Below are positions 30,582 to 39,932 of a stretch of 64,000 nt of DNA, piece after piece. This stretch comes from an uncultured bacterium (GTDB lineage: Bacteria > Patescibacteriota > JABMPQ01 > CAVVCK01), in contig CAVVCK010000002.1 in assembly GCA_963746775.1 (NCBI GenBank), positions 232,978 through 296,977 on the forward strand, given 5' to 3'. Every line of letters begins with the position of its first letter. The first letter of the stretch is position 1. The translations under genes were made by a program, and so were the position numbers. Below the pieces are notes generated by a model. It worked only from the letters and a program-made list of their open reading frames with translations. It had not been told where the DNA came from and made no database searches.

Positions 30582-32753
30582 ATGTTTAAACTTGATTATC
30601 AAAATTTAAATTTTTACAATCCTGTCGGAAATAAAATCTATTGTAAATCTTTTGTCTTAAACGATGATAGATGCTCTGAATTAGGTTCCTTGTTTTTAAC
30701 TATTAGTATTGGTGGAGGAATTCACAAGGGTTCCAAGATTGCTGATATCTTACAAGAAGTATCTAGGCTCGAATATTTCAATATAACTCCAGACAAAAAA
30801 ACAGACCCGGTCAAAAATTTTGAAAAGACAATAAACAAAATAAATCAAACTTTTACAAGCCTAATAGAATCTAACCATATCGAATGGCTAGATAATTTGA
30901 ATTTAGCTATTGCTTCTTTGTTCCAAAATAAAATTCAATTGGTTTGTACTGGAAATATTAAAATATATTTATTCAGAGAAAATTCTCTAATGTCTCTTAA
31001 TAATTATAAAGGGAAATCAAAATCAGCTCCGACAAAAATCTTTAGTGATATTGTGTCAGGTACTATTCAGAAAAAAGATAAATTATTTTTTAGCACCAAA
31101 GAATTATTAGATTATTTCACTGAAGATAATATAAAAAGTATAGTAACTAATAATTCTCCCAGAGAAGCTTCTTTCCAATTGCAAACTGCCTTATCTAAAA
31201 ACCAAAGCAATGTTGATCCTATCGCTTCTATTTTTATTGAAGCTATCTCAGAATCAGAAAAAAGTATAGAAGAAAAATTAAAATTACCAAAGTTAGAAAA
31301 TATGTCTCAGTTAGATGAATTGGAAACACTTGATAAGAAAAAAAATATCATAAAAGATATCAGGGAAAATCCCAAAGTAATTTTAGAAATAATCAAAAAT
31401 TATTCTTTATTTCTTTTTGCTTCAGTAAAAAAAATAGTTAGTAGCTTATCCTCTAAAATAAATATTCATAAAAATACATCATCTAAAGATAAAAATATTC
31501 AAAAAGTTTCAGATAAAAATTATACTACTAGCTACAAAAGTAAATATTCAGCCAAACCAAATGATATTCCTGGTAAATTTTTATATTATTTAAAGAGTAT
31601 TTATAAAAAATATCAAACTCTGCCGATAACTTCTAAAATTTTTTCTATTACCTCTATTGTCTTTGCCATAGCTTTTTTAACAAGTATCGGTTTACAAGCA
31701 GGTAATAAAAATAATCAGGAACAAAGCGGCTTTGTAGCACAACAATTAATAAAAGCTACCGAGGATGAAAAATCAGCAGCCGACGCTTTAATTTACAGTG
31801 ATTTTGAAAAAGCTAAAAAATTACTTTTTGAAGCACAAGAAATTATAAATAGCAGTGATGTTAAAAATTCTGAATCAAGCGAAACTAAAACTGAGACAGA
31901 AGAATTAAGCAAAAAAATAAACAGTCATTTTGATAAAATCGATAAAACTATTAGACTTGATGATCCTTTGTTAGTAGTAGATATACCTGGTAATATCGAA
32001 ACTAATAGAATATTAGGTATTGATGATTCTCTTTATACTTACAGTCCCAAAACAAATGCTATCTATAAAATAGAAGAAAGCACAAAAAAACTTAGTACTC
32101 TCTTTGATAATTCAACCGATTTAGATTTTTTCAATAAATCAAATTCTAACTCGGCTAAAAATTCACTCATCTTTATAACCGATTCAAACCAAGCTGCCGA
32201 ATTTAATATAAGCACAAAAGAAATGGATAAAGTTGATATTGCCCTAAGTAAAACTGACCAAGAGATAACAGATTTAGTATTATATAATGATCGACTTTAC
32301 ATTTTAGATAGTAAAAATAATCAGATCTATAAACATACCAGAACTATTAGTGGATATTCTAAAGGACTTACCTGGGTAAAAGAAGATCAATTTGATTTAA
32401 GTAATGCCATATCTATAGCCATTGATGGAGAAATATATATTTTGAATAAAGATGGTGGCGTTATCAAATTCTTAAATGGCTATTTTAAAGACTTTACTCT
32501 ACAGCAACCGACTAAACCGGCAACCTCTCCTTCAAAATTATTTACCTTAGTTGATTATAAATTTCTATATATTCTAGACCCACAAAATCATAGATTACTT
32601 GTCTTTGATAAGCAGTCAGGAGAATTTATTAATCAATACATATCAGATAAATTTACCGACATGAAAGATATTTATGTTGATGAAGTAAATAAAAAAATAT
32701 TCTTGCTTTGTGGTAATGAAATATATGGAATTGTTTTAGAAGATAATGAATAA
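30582..32753 (+). CDS. Large hypothetical membrane protein: cytoplasmic N-domain (~340 aa), one TM helix, C-terminal beta-propeller-like (NHL/YVTN-like) repeat domain
   Basis: TM LPITSKIFSITSIVFAIAFLTSIGL; C-terminal repeats LYILDSKNNQIYK / IYILNKDGGVIKF / LYILDPQNHRLLVFD; only plus-strand gene in a long minus-strand run. Confidence 0.4.
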   Translation: MFKLDYQNLNFYNPVGNKIYCKSFVLNDDRCSELGSLFLTISIGGGIHKGSKIADILQEVSRLEYFNITPDKKTDPVKNFEKTINKINQTFTSLIESNHIEWLDNLNLAIASLFQNKIQLVCTGNIKIYLFRENSLMSLNNYKGKSKSAPTKIFSDIVSGTIQKKDKLFFSTKELLDYFTEDNIKSIVTNNSPREASFQLQTALSKNQSNVDPIASIFIEAISESEKSIEEKLKLPKLENMSQLDELETLDKKKNIIKDIRENPKVILEIIKNYSLFLFASVKKIVSSLSSKINIHKNTSSKDKNIQKVSDKNYTTSYKSKYSAKPNDIPGKFLYYLKSIYKKYQTLPITSKIFSITSIVFAIAFLTSIGLQAGNKNNQEQSGFVAQQLIKATEDEKSAADALIYSDFEKAKKLLFEAQEIINSSDVKNSESSETKTETEELSKKINSHFDKIDKTIRLDDPLLVVDIPGNIETNRILGIDDSLYTYSPKTNAIYKIEESTKKLSTLFDNSTDLDFFNKSNSNSAKNSLIFITDSNQAAEFNISTKEMDKVDIALSKTDQEITDLVLYNDRLYILDSKNNQIYKHTRTISGYSKGLTWVKEDQFDLSNAISIAIDGEIYILNKDGGVIKFLNGYFKDFTLQQPTKPATSPSKLFTLVDYKFLYILDPQNHRLLVFDKQSGEFINQYISDKFTDMKDIYVDEVNKKIFLLCGNEIYGIVLEDNE

Positions 32754-32775
32754 TAGTATTTTAAAATATAATTAT

Positions 32776-32848
32776 CTTCGTAGGGAACAAATATTTTTGT
32801 TCCCTACATTCAAATAAAAAACAACGAGTTAATCGTTGTTTTTTTTAT
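32776..32848. terminator. Two consecutive hairpins; second is a canonical bidirectional intrinsic terminator
   Basis: GTAGGGAACAaatatttTTGTTCCCTAC then aaaACAACGAgttaaTCGTTGTtttttttt between convergent 723-aa ORF and rplL. Confidence 0.55.
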
Positions 32849-32892
32849 ATCCGCATTAATCCGCGTTATTATCCGCGTATTTCCGCTTATAT

Positions 32893-33237
32893 TTACTTTA
32901 ATTCTACAGTTGCACCAGCATCTTCTAATTTCTTTTTTAATTCTTCTGCTTCAGCCTTAGCTACATTTTCTTTAATTACTGTTGGAGCTTTATCAACTAG
33001 ATCCTTAGCATCTTTTAATCCCTTACCCGTTACCTCTTTAACTACTTTAATAACTGCAATTTTTTGACCACCAGCATCTTTTAATTCAACATTAAAAGCT
33101 GATTTTTCTTCTGCAGCAGCACCAGCTTCACCACCCGCACCGGGAGCAGCCATCATAGCCGCTACTGGAGCAGAAGCAGACACACCAAATTTTTCTTCTA
33201 AAACTTTTACTAACTCGGCCAAATCTAGTACGCTCAT
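32893..33237 (-). CDS. rplL: 50S ribosomal protein L7/L12 (annotated ORF is N-terminally short; conserved N-domain continues upstream in frame without a start codon)
   Basis: [19 protein letters not shown]... hinge [15 protein letters not shown] ... C-terminal domain; in-frame upstream codons encode ...[13 protein letters not shown] (L12 N-helix) but no ATG/GTG/TTG; out-of-frame ATG at 33380 next to an A7 run. Confidence 0.8.
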   Translation of the reverse strand: MSVLDLAELVKVLEEKFGVSASAPVAAMMAAPGAGGEAGAAAEEKSAFNVELKDAGGQKIAVIKVVKEVTGKGLKDAKDLVDKAPTVIKENVAKAEAEELKKKLEDAGATVELK

Positions 33238-33479
33238 TTTTTCAATTTCTTCTACTAAGCTTTTAAATTTAGCAGGAACTTCAACATCCTTGTCCGCCGT
33301 AGATTTATCAGAAGCGGGCTTTTTTTCTTCTTTTTCAGAAGTTTTTTCTTCCTTCTTTTCTTCTTTTTTTCTTCGGTCATAATTTTATAATTATTTAGTT
33401 ATTTAATAATATTTCCACATCAATCCGCGCTTGCCCGCCGATGAGGCAGGTTGCTATCCGCGAATATCCGCTTGTATTT

Positions 33480-34004
33480 TTAACTTTTTGCTTCTTTTAT
33501 ATTATTCAAAACAGAAACCAAGCCTCGCAAATTTCCAGCTAATACATTAACAAAGCCAGATACAGGAGCATTAATACTACCAACTACTTTGGCTAATAAT
33601 TCTTCCTTAGACGGTAATTTTGCTAAAGCAGTAACTTCATTTTCATCTAAATATTTTCCTTCTAGAATTCCCCCAGACATTTTTGGCACTTCTTTGCCTT
33701 TAGCAAATGTATAAATCTCTTTAGCAGCTACTACCTCATCAGCAAAACCAAAGCCTAGAGCAAGGGGTCCTTTCATTTCCCCTATTTCAATTCCTTTCAG
33801 TTCTGATTGATCTAGCGCTTTTTGGAATAAGCTGTTTTTAATAACTTTATAATCCCCTTCTTTCTCTTGGATCTTATTTCTTAGCTCCTGAATATCACCA
33901 ACAGTTAAGCCTTGATAATTAGTAAAAACTAAAGATTTAGATTTATTTAAATCTTCTACTAAATCTTGCACTATTTTTTCTTTCTCTTTTCTTGTTTTTG
34001 GCAT
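33480..34004 (-). CDS. rplJ: 50S ribosomal protein L10
   Basis: MPKTRKEKEKIVQDLVEDL...VFTNYQGLTVGDIQELR typical L10 N-terminus. Confidence 0.9.
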   Translation of the reverse strand: MPKTRKEKEKIVQDLVEDLNKSKSLVFTNYQGLTVGDIQELRNKIQEKEGDYKVIKNSLFQKALDQSELKGIEIGEMKGPLALGFGFADEVVAAKEIYTFAKGKEVPKMSGGILEGKYLDENEVTALAKLPSKEELLAKVVGSINAPVSGFVNVLAGNLRGLVSVLNNIKEAKS

Positions 34005-34019
34005 AATTTTCGATGCTAA

Positions 34020-34330
34020 TATACGAATTGATACTAATTATACTAATAATATTCGTATCATTCATATTAATTAGTATATTTGTATCGATTTAATAAAAAA
34101 ATCCCTGTTACCACAGAGACACATATCACGCTATTTGCGCTTTTCTACCTCAGTGAGATTTTAATTCCTTTTTATGTGGAAACTCACTATCTGTGGTAAT
34201 GTAATTAGTATATATTATTGAATTTTGATGTCAAGAATATTTGCTAAAAATATTAAAAAACAGGATGCAATCCTGCTCTGCAGCTCTAGACTAAAACTAT
34301 ACATCTTAAACATCTCCAACATTTTCAACA
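34020..34330 (-). promoter_or_regulatory. Structured rplJ leader region (candidate L10 autoregulatory leader)
   Basis: Inverted repeats gttaccacag/ctgtggtaa, ctcagtgag/ctcact, caggatgcaatcctg within 300 nt upstream of rplJ. Confidence 0.35.
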
Positions 34331-34340
34331 ACTAGAACAT

Positions 34341-35435
34341 TTATTTAAGATACTTCTCCTTATTCGCCTCATGTTCATACCCATGCACACTAAATATTGC
34401 CTCCCCCGTATCTAGCCTTGTTAAGAAATAATAATAGTCATGTTCTGCTGGAAATATTGTGGCTCGAATAGCCATTAGCCCAGGATTTGAAACCGGCCCG
34501 GGCGGCAAACCTTCGTGCTGATAAGTATTGTATAAAGATTCTGCATCCGTATCTGCATAGGAAGGCGTCGGATCATTTTTACCAGTTACATAATTTACTG
34601 TTACATCAGATTCCAGGTTCCTGCCAATAGTTAAGCGGTTATAATAGACACCAGCCACTCCTTTCATATCCTCTTCTGTTTTTACCTCCTTCTGCACTAT
34701 CGAAGCTAGGGTTATAATATCAAATAAAGTCTCTTTACTATCTTCTATCCCCTTTTTTAATTCAGTATCATCTAATTTATTATTAAAATTATCCAACATT
34801 TTTACTATTAAATCTTGTGGAGTAGCGTCCTGATATAATTCATAAGTATCCGGAAATAAAAATCCTTCTAAAGTTGCTCCTTTAGGAATATTTTTTAAAA
34901 ATTCATAATCATTATAATCCGAAGCCTTGCTAGCTGCTTGAGCAAATTCATTTTTTAATTCTTCTGTAGACTTTTCTGATTTACCAAAGTCCTTCATAAA
35001 ACTAGCATATTTATCACCTATTTGATTAATATTCCAACCTTCGATAATTGTAATTTCATTATCTTCGGTACCCTCTTCAGATAATAATACGTTAGCAATC
35101 TCTTTAACTGACAATGATGGTGATAGTTTATATAAATCTGCTTTGATAGTATCCCCCGAATTTTTAAACCGCATATAAAGACTAAAATATAATTTTTTAT
35201 TAATTAAACCTTGATTCTCTAAATTCTGAGCAATCTTTCCTAAGTTATCACCATTTTTAACAGCAAAATATACATCTGATTTATCTTCCAAATTTTTTAT
35301 TTCGCTAAATTTACCATTAACAAAAGATACTAATCCAAAGCACAACAAAACAATAATCACTAATAAAAAAATTGTCGCAGGTCCAGATAAACTGCTTCTT
35401 CTCTTATGTGGGCTATAAATATCTCTGTTCATCAT
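34341..35435 (-). CDS. mltG: Endolytic murein transglycosylase MltG (YceG-like)
   Basis: N-terminal TM, LysM-like segment, YNTYQHEGLPPGPVSNPG catalytic motif. Confidence 0.8.
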   Translation of the reverse strand: MMNRDIYSPHKRRSSLSGPATIFLLVIIVLLCFGLVSFVNGKFSEIKNLEDKSDVYFAVKNGDNLGKIAQNLENQGLINKKLYFSLYMRFKNSGDTIKADLYKLSPSLSVKEIANVLLSEEGTEDNEITIIEGWNINQIGDKYASFMKDFGKSEKSTEELKNEFAQAASKASDYNDYEFLKNIPKGATLEGFLFPDTYELYQDATPQDLIVKMLDNFNNKLDDTELKKGIEDSKETLFDIITLASIVQKEVKTEEDMKGVAGVYYNRLTIGRNLESDVTVNYVTGKNDPTPSYADTDAESLYNTYQHEGLPPGPVSNPGLMAIRATIFPAEHDYYYFLTRLDTGEAIFSVHGYEHEANKEKYLK

Positions 35436-36489
35436 TTTTTTCTAATTTATCAACTATTTTTTTAACTTCCTGCGCTTTGTTTTTATCACAAACTAAAAGC
35501 GCATTCTTAGTATCAACTATAATTAAATTCTCTATACCAATAGTGGCTATTATTTTTTCCTTATAACCATAAACTAAGGTATTCTCTGTATTAATCCCTA
35601 TGTGTTTAGCATTAATTAAATTATTTTCTCCTTTTACTAATTCATCTTTCAAGGTGGACCAATCACCAATATCACTCCAGCCCGCTTCCAGAGAAACGGC
35701 AGCTACTTTTTTAGCTTTTTCCATTATGGCATAATCTATGGGTATTTTTTCTAATTTTGTATATTTTTCAGCTAATACCCTACTTTCATTTTTTGTCCCA
35801 ATAGATTTTTCTATTAGCAATAAATCTTTATACATCTTAGGCAATAACTTCTTATAATATTCTAATATTGTTTCAGCTTTCCACATAAACATATTGCCAT
35901 TCCATAAATAGTTGCCAGCCATAATATATTCCCTAGCCTTAGTTGCATTAGGCTTTTCTATAAATTTATCCACTCTATATAATTCTTTATGATTTTCTTC
36001 ATCAATAATTCCATCTAATTTTATATAACCATAGCCAGTATCAGGATAAGTTGGATAAACAGCAATGCAAGTTAGACATTCAGGATGCCTATTAACTAAT
36101 TTATAAGTATTTTTTAGAGTTTCTTGAAAATTTTTCTTTGATCTGATTAAATGGTCTGAACCTAGACTCGCAATTATAGCTTTAGGATATTTTTTTTTAA
36201 TATAAATTGTCTCTAGACCAATAGCTGCTGCCGTATCCCTTTTAGCTGGCTCTACAATAATGTTTCTTAAAGGCACCTTGGGCACCTGTCTTCTTACTTC
36301 CTTAACTAAATTTTTATTAGTAGAGATATATATATCATCATATTTTGCTACACCTAAAACACGACTGACAGTTTCTTGTAACATAGTTTTACTGCCAATT
36401 AATTTAGAAAGCTGTTTGGGATTGCTTTTTCTTGATAATGGCCAAAGACGCGTACCAGTGCCACCAGCACGAATTACTATTTTTAACAT
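35413..36489 (-). CDS. Mannose-1-phosphate guanylyltransferase-type sugar-phosphate nucleotidyltransferase
   Basis: IRAGGTGTRLWPLSR N-terminal motif; 358 aa with left-handed beta-helix-free C-terminus. Confidence 0.7.
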   Translation of the reverse strand: MLKIVIRAGGTGTRLWPLSRKSNPKQLSKLIGSKTMLQETVSRVLGVAKYDDIYISTNKNLVKEVRRQVPKVPLRNIIVEPAKRDTAAAIGLETIYIKKKYPKAIIASLGSDHLIRSKKNFQETLKNTYKLVNRHPECLTCIAVYPTYPDTGYGYIKLDGIIDEENHKELYRVDKFIEKPNATKAREYIMAGNYLWNGNMFMWKAETILEYYKKLLPKMYKDLLLIEKSIGTKNESRVLAEKYTKLEKIPIDYAIMEKAKKVAAVSLEAGWSDIGDWSTLKDELVKGENNLINAKHIGINTENTLVYGYKEKIIATIGIENLIIVDTKNALLVCDKNKAQEVKKIVDKLEKNDEQRYL

Positions 36490-36694
36490 TACTGTATATT
36501 ATTTATACATTAATTTTTCTAAAATTTACCTTTTCAATAATTTAAGGCCTATAATTATTAAAATATTAAAAATTCCTAACATCCAATTCCTAATTACTAA
36601 TAAAATGTCTAATTTATAATTTTTTAAAAAATAATTATATTATTAAACATTTTAATTTTTATTGAAAATTAGAAATTAGTAATTGGAAATTTTC

Positions 36695-37396
36695 TTATTG
36701 TCCTCCAAATCTTCTCTGCCTACCATTATATTCGGCAATCGCATTATCTAATTCCACCTCATCAAATTCCGGCCAAAAAACTTGAGGGAAATAAAATTCT
36801 GAATAAGCTGCTTGCCAAATTAAAAAATTACTAATCCTTTTTTCATTACCTGTTCTAATAATCATGTCAGGATCTGGCATGTTTTTAGTATCTAAATATT
36901 TACCCACTATTTCTTCACTCACTTCCTCTATGTCTATTCCTTCCTTTAACATTTTCTTCATTGCTCTAATAATTTCTCCCCTTCCACCATAATTAATAGC
37001 AATATTAAAAACAAACTTCTTATTTTTGCTTAACATATTAACAGTTTCCTTAATAACTTTTTTTAGGCTTTCTGGAAAAACTGAGGTGTCACCTAAAATA
37101 TTTATGCTTATACCTTCAGCATCCATTTTTTTTCTCTCTTTAATCATAAATTCTCTCAATAATCTCATTAAGCCATTAAGCTCGCTCTTAGACCTACGCA
37201 ACCAATTCTCAGTAGATAGAGCATAGACTGTTAAAATTTTAATGCCTTTTCTAGTGCAAAGCTTTAAAATTTTTTTTACATTTTCAGAACCTGAACGATG
37301 ACCCCTGAAGGTCGAAAAACCATTTTCCTCCGCCCACCTTCTATTACCATCCATTATTATTCCTAAATGATTCAATGTTTTTTCTATATTAGACAT
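36695..37396 (-). CDS. uppS: Undecaprenyl diphosphate synthase (cis-prenyltransferase)
   Basis: HLGIIMDGNRRWA ... ALSTENW ... RTGNEKRISNFLIWQ motifs. Confidence 0.9.
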   Translation of the reverse strand: MSNIEKTLNHLGIIMDGNRRWAEENGFSTFRGHRSGSENVKKILKLCTRKGIKILTVYALSTENWLRRSKSELNGLMRLLREFMIKERKKMDAEGISINILGDTSVFPESLKKVIKETVNMLSKNKKFVFNIAINYGGRGEIIRAMKKMLKEGIDIEEVSEEIVGKYLDTKNMPDPDMIIRTGNEKRISNFLIWQAAYSEFYFPQVFWPEFDEVELDNAIAEYNGRQRRFGGQ

Positions 37397-37562
37397 AAAT
37401 TATAACTTAAAATAAATTTTATATTAAAGACAAAAAATGAATAATTACTACTTTCCAATTACTAATGATGATTTGTCATTAAACATTTCATTAGAAATTA
37501 GATATTAGTTATTGGATATTTTAACTACCATACAAGAATTCTATGGTTTATTACTGTTCTTG

Positions 37563-38079
37563 TCAATTATCCTCGACCTCTGTAATTACCCTATTTAAGC
37601 ATATTTTAAGCCAATGTGTATAATTTTTTGGGTTTAGGGCTATATCTTGTTTTAAATCATCTAATTTTACCCATTTCCAATCAGATGCTTCTCTTGAATT
37701 AATCCCAGGATTTTCATTGTAATAACCAATAAATACATGGTCAAATTCATTTTCTGTCAAATTATTGCTAAATTTAACCTCATACATAAAACTAAAAATC
37801 TCCTTCAAATCACATCTAAAACCCATTTCTTCTTCCAATCTTTTTTCCGCTCCATTTAAGATTTCTTCTCCAGGCTTTGGATGACTGCAACACGTATTAG
37901 AACCATAAGCTAGGGCTATGATATTTACTTGCTGCCCGTTTCTGCAACATTAATTCATTTTTGTCATTAAAAATAAATACAGAAAAAGCACGATGTAGTT
38001 GACCTGCCTTATGCACTGCCATTTTCTCACCCTCTCCAATTTCATTATCATCTTTATCTACTAAAATAATTTTGTCCAT
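37563..38079 (-). pseudogene. idi: Isopentenyl-diphosphate delta-isomerase (type 1, Nudix) split by a +1 frameshift
   Basis: ORF 37897..38079 ends ...LHRAFSVFIFN...LQKRAASKYHSPSLWF*; shifting one base at tggttctaat gives W-S-N-T-C-C-S-H-P-K-P-G-E (conserved IDI TNxCCSHP Cys motif) continuing into ORF 37563..37838. Confidence 0.7.
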
Positions 38080-38134
38080 TTTTATTGTTTGAATTTTGGA
38101 ATTTGTTTGGTATTTGGATCTCGCTATTTGAAAT

Positions 38135-38926
38135 TTATTTGGTTATTTTAGTTCCTATAAACTTCTTACCTTTTATAGCATTTAAAAGATTGCCACTTTC
38201 CCTTCCATTAATTATATAGCTTTCAATATTTTTGCTAGCTAGTTTTAGAGATTGTTTCACCTTATGCAACATCCCACCCGTAACATCTATATTAGTTGAA
38301 CCTTTTATATCTTTTTTAAATTTTTTAAAGTTTTCTAAATTAATTTCTTCAATAATATTCTTTTTAGAATCAAGCACTCCGTCAACATCAGTGCAATAAA
38401 TTATTTTATCTATTTTATATTTTCTCTGTAATTTCAAAGCTATATTATTTAAAACTTGTTCAGCTGAAAAAATTGTGCAGCCTATTTTTTTATCTACAAT
38501 TTGGTCTCCATAGAGCACAGGAACCAAATTATTTTTTAATAGTTGTTCTATACTATCTGTGAATATATTTTCTAAATTATGATTATTAGATATTATTATG
38601 CTTGATGGATTTATAGAAAATGCATTCACCCCTCTCTGTAATAAATTATCAGTTACAATACGATTTAATTGAGATGCCTTGCTTGCTACCTCACAAATTC
38701 CTTGATAACTTTCTTTATTAATAATACCTTTATTAGTTTGATATTTTTGAGCTGGAATATGAGCAAAAGATCCCTGACCATGAGCAATAATTAATTTATA
38801 GCCTAAATCTTGAGCTTTTTTTATCTGTTCTCCTAAAATTTTTAGGTTCTTTTTGTTTATACTATCTCTTTTAGATTTATTCGTAATTATTGACCCACCT
38901 AATTTTATTAGTATTAAAGATTTCAT
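38135..38926 (-). CDS. Isopentenyl phosphate kinase (amino-acid-kinase fold)
   Basis: LIKLGGSIITNK ... AHGQGSFAH motifs; adjacent to idi and MVD-family gene. Confidence 0.65.
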   Translation of the reverse strand: MKSLILIKLGGSIITNKSKRDSINKKNLKILGEQIKKAQDLGYKLIIAHGQGSFAHIPAQKYQTNKGIINKESYQGICEVASKASQLNRIVTDNLLQRGVNAFSINPSSIIISNNHNLENIFTDSIEQLLKNNLVPVLYGDQIVDKKIGCTIFSAEQVLNNIALKLQRKYKIDKIIYCTDVDGVLDSKKNIIEEINLENFKKFKKDIKGSTNIDVTGGMLHKVKQSLKLASKNIESYIINGRESGNLLNAIKGKKFIGTKITK

Positions 38927-38929
38927 ATT

Positions 38930-39928
38930 TTAAAATAAATGCTCTTTAATGATTTCAGCACCCCTGCCTACTTTATTTTCGATAATAAATTTTAAACCAG
39001 AAAATTTATTAAACTCTTCTTTTAATTTATCTTTAAATTTCTTTTCACAAATTAAATGAACATTGGGACCGGCATCAATAGTAAAGTACCCTACTATACC
39101 TTTTTTTCTGAGATCTAAAATTTTAAAAATAGCAGCCCATGTTTTATCATTTAAATAAAAAATAGGAGGTTTACTATTCATAGCCACCGTATGCAAACTT
39201 ACTGCATCAGCTTCAATTACCTCTCCTAATTTTTCAATATCTCTGTCAATTATAGATTGCTCTATCTGTTTTATCCTTTGATCAATATTTTCTAGCCTGG
39301 CTTGTAAAAATTCATTATGAGCTCTTTTGTGACCCTCAAAAGAACCAACTGTTTTTTCTTTCGTATCAATAATTAATATTAGATCATAAAGCTCCCAATA
39401 ACTACTATCTGCTATAGAATATGCATAAGAACTATTGCTTTGACCATTGCCCTTAAGCCATTTAGTAAAACCTTCTGGAATAGATCTAGTGGCTGAACCA
39501 CTGCCAGCTAGTCTTGTTTCGATAGTTAAATTTTTTTCAGAAATATTTATTTCTAAAGCTTCATAAAGTGCTTTTACTAAAGCAGAAAATGCACTTGCAC
39601 TAGAAGCTATGCCACAACTATCTGGAAAATTATTTTCAGAGTATATTTTTACAGATTTATTTATTTTATATATTTTTCTAATCCTATTTATTTGATCTAG
39701 GATTCTTTTTAACTTTCTATCTTCAAGCTTTTTATAATCAGATTCAAAAAATTTAACTTTTATTTCATCATGTTCTACTTTCCCAAATTCAACTGTAGTC
39801 TTAGTAAAACAATTATTCAAATTCATGGATATAGAATCATTTAAGGGTAATATTAAATTATCATCAATCCTTCCCCAATATTTTACAAAAGCAATATTAG
39901 CTGGTGATTTTACAGTTGCCTTTTTCAT
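38930..39928 (-). CDS. GHMP-kinase-family mevalonate (di)phosphate decarboxylase
   Basis: SPANIAFVKYWGR...LPLNDSISMNL...DSCGIASSASAF motifs of diphosphomevalonate decarboxylase family. Confidence 0.65.
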   Translation of the reverse strand: MKKATVKSPANIAFVKYWGRIDDNLILPLNDSISMNLNNCFTKTTVEFGKVEHDEIKVKFFESDYKKLEDRKLKRILDQINRIRKIYKINKSVKIYSENNFPDSCGIASSASAFSALVKALYEALEINISEKNLTIETRLAGSGSATRSIPEGFTKWLKGNGQSNSSYAYSIADSSYWELYDLILIIDTKEKTVGSFEGHKRAHNEFLQARLENIDQRIKQIEQSIIDRDIEKLGEVIEADAVSLHTVAMNSKPPIFYLNDKTWAAIFKILDLRKKGIVGYFTIDAGPNVHLICEKKFKDKLKEEFNKFSGLKFIIENKVGRGAEIIKEHLF

Positions 39929-39932
39929 GAAC

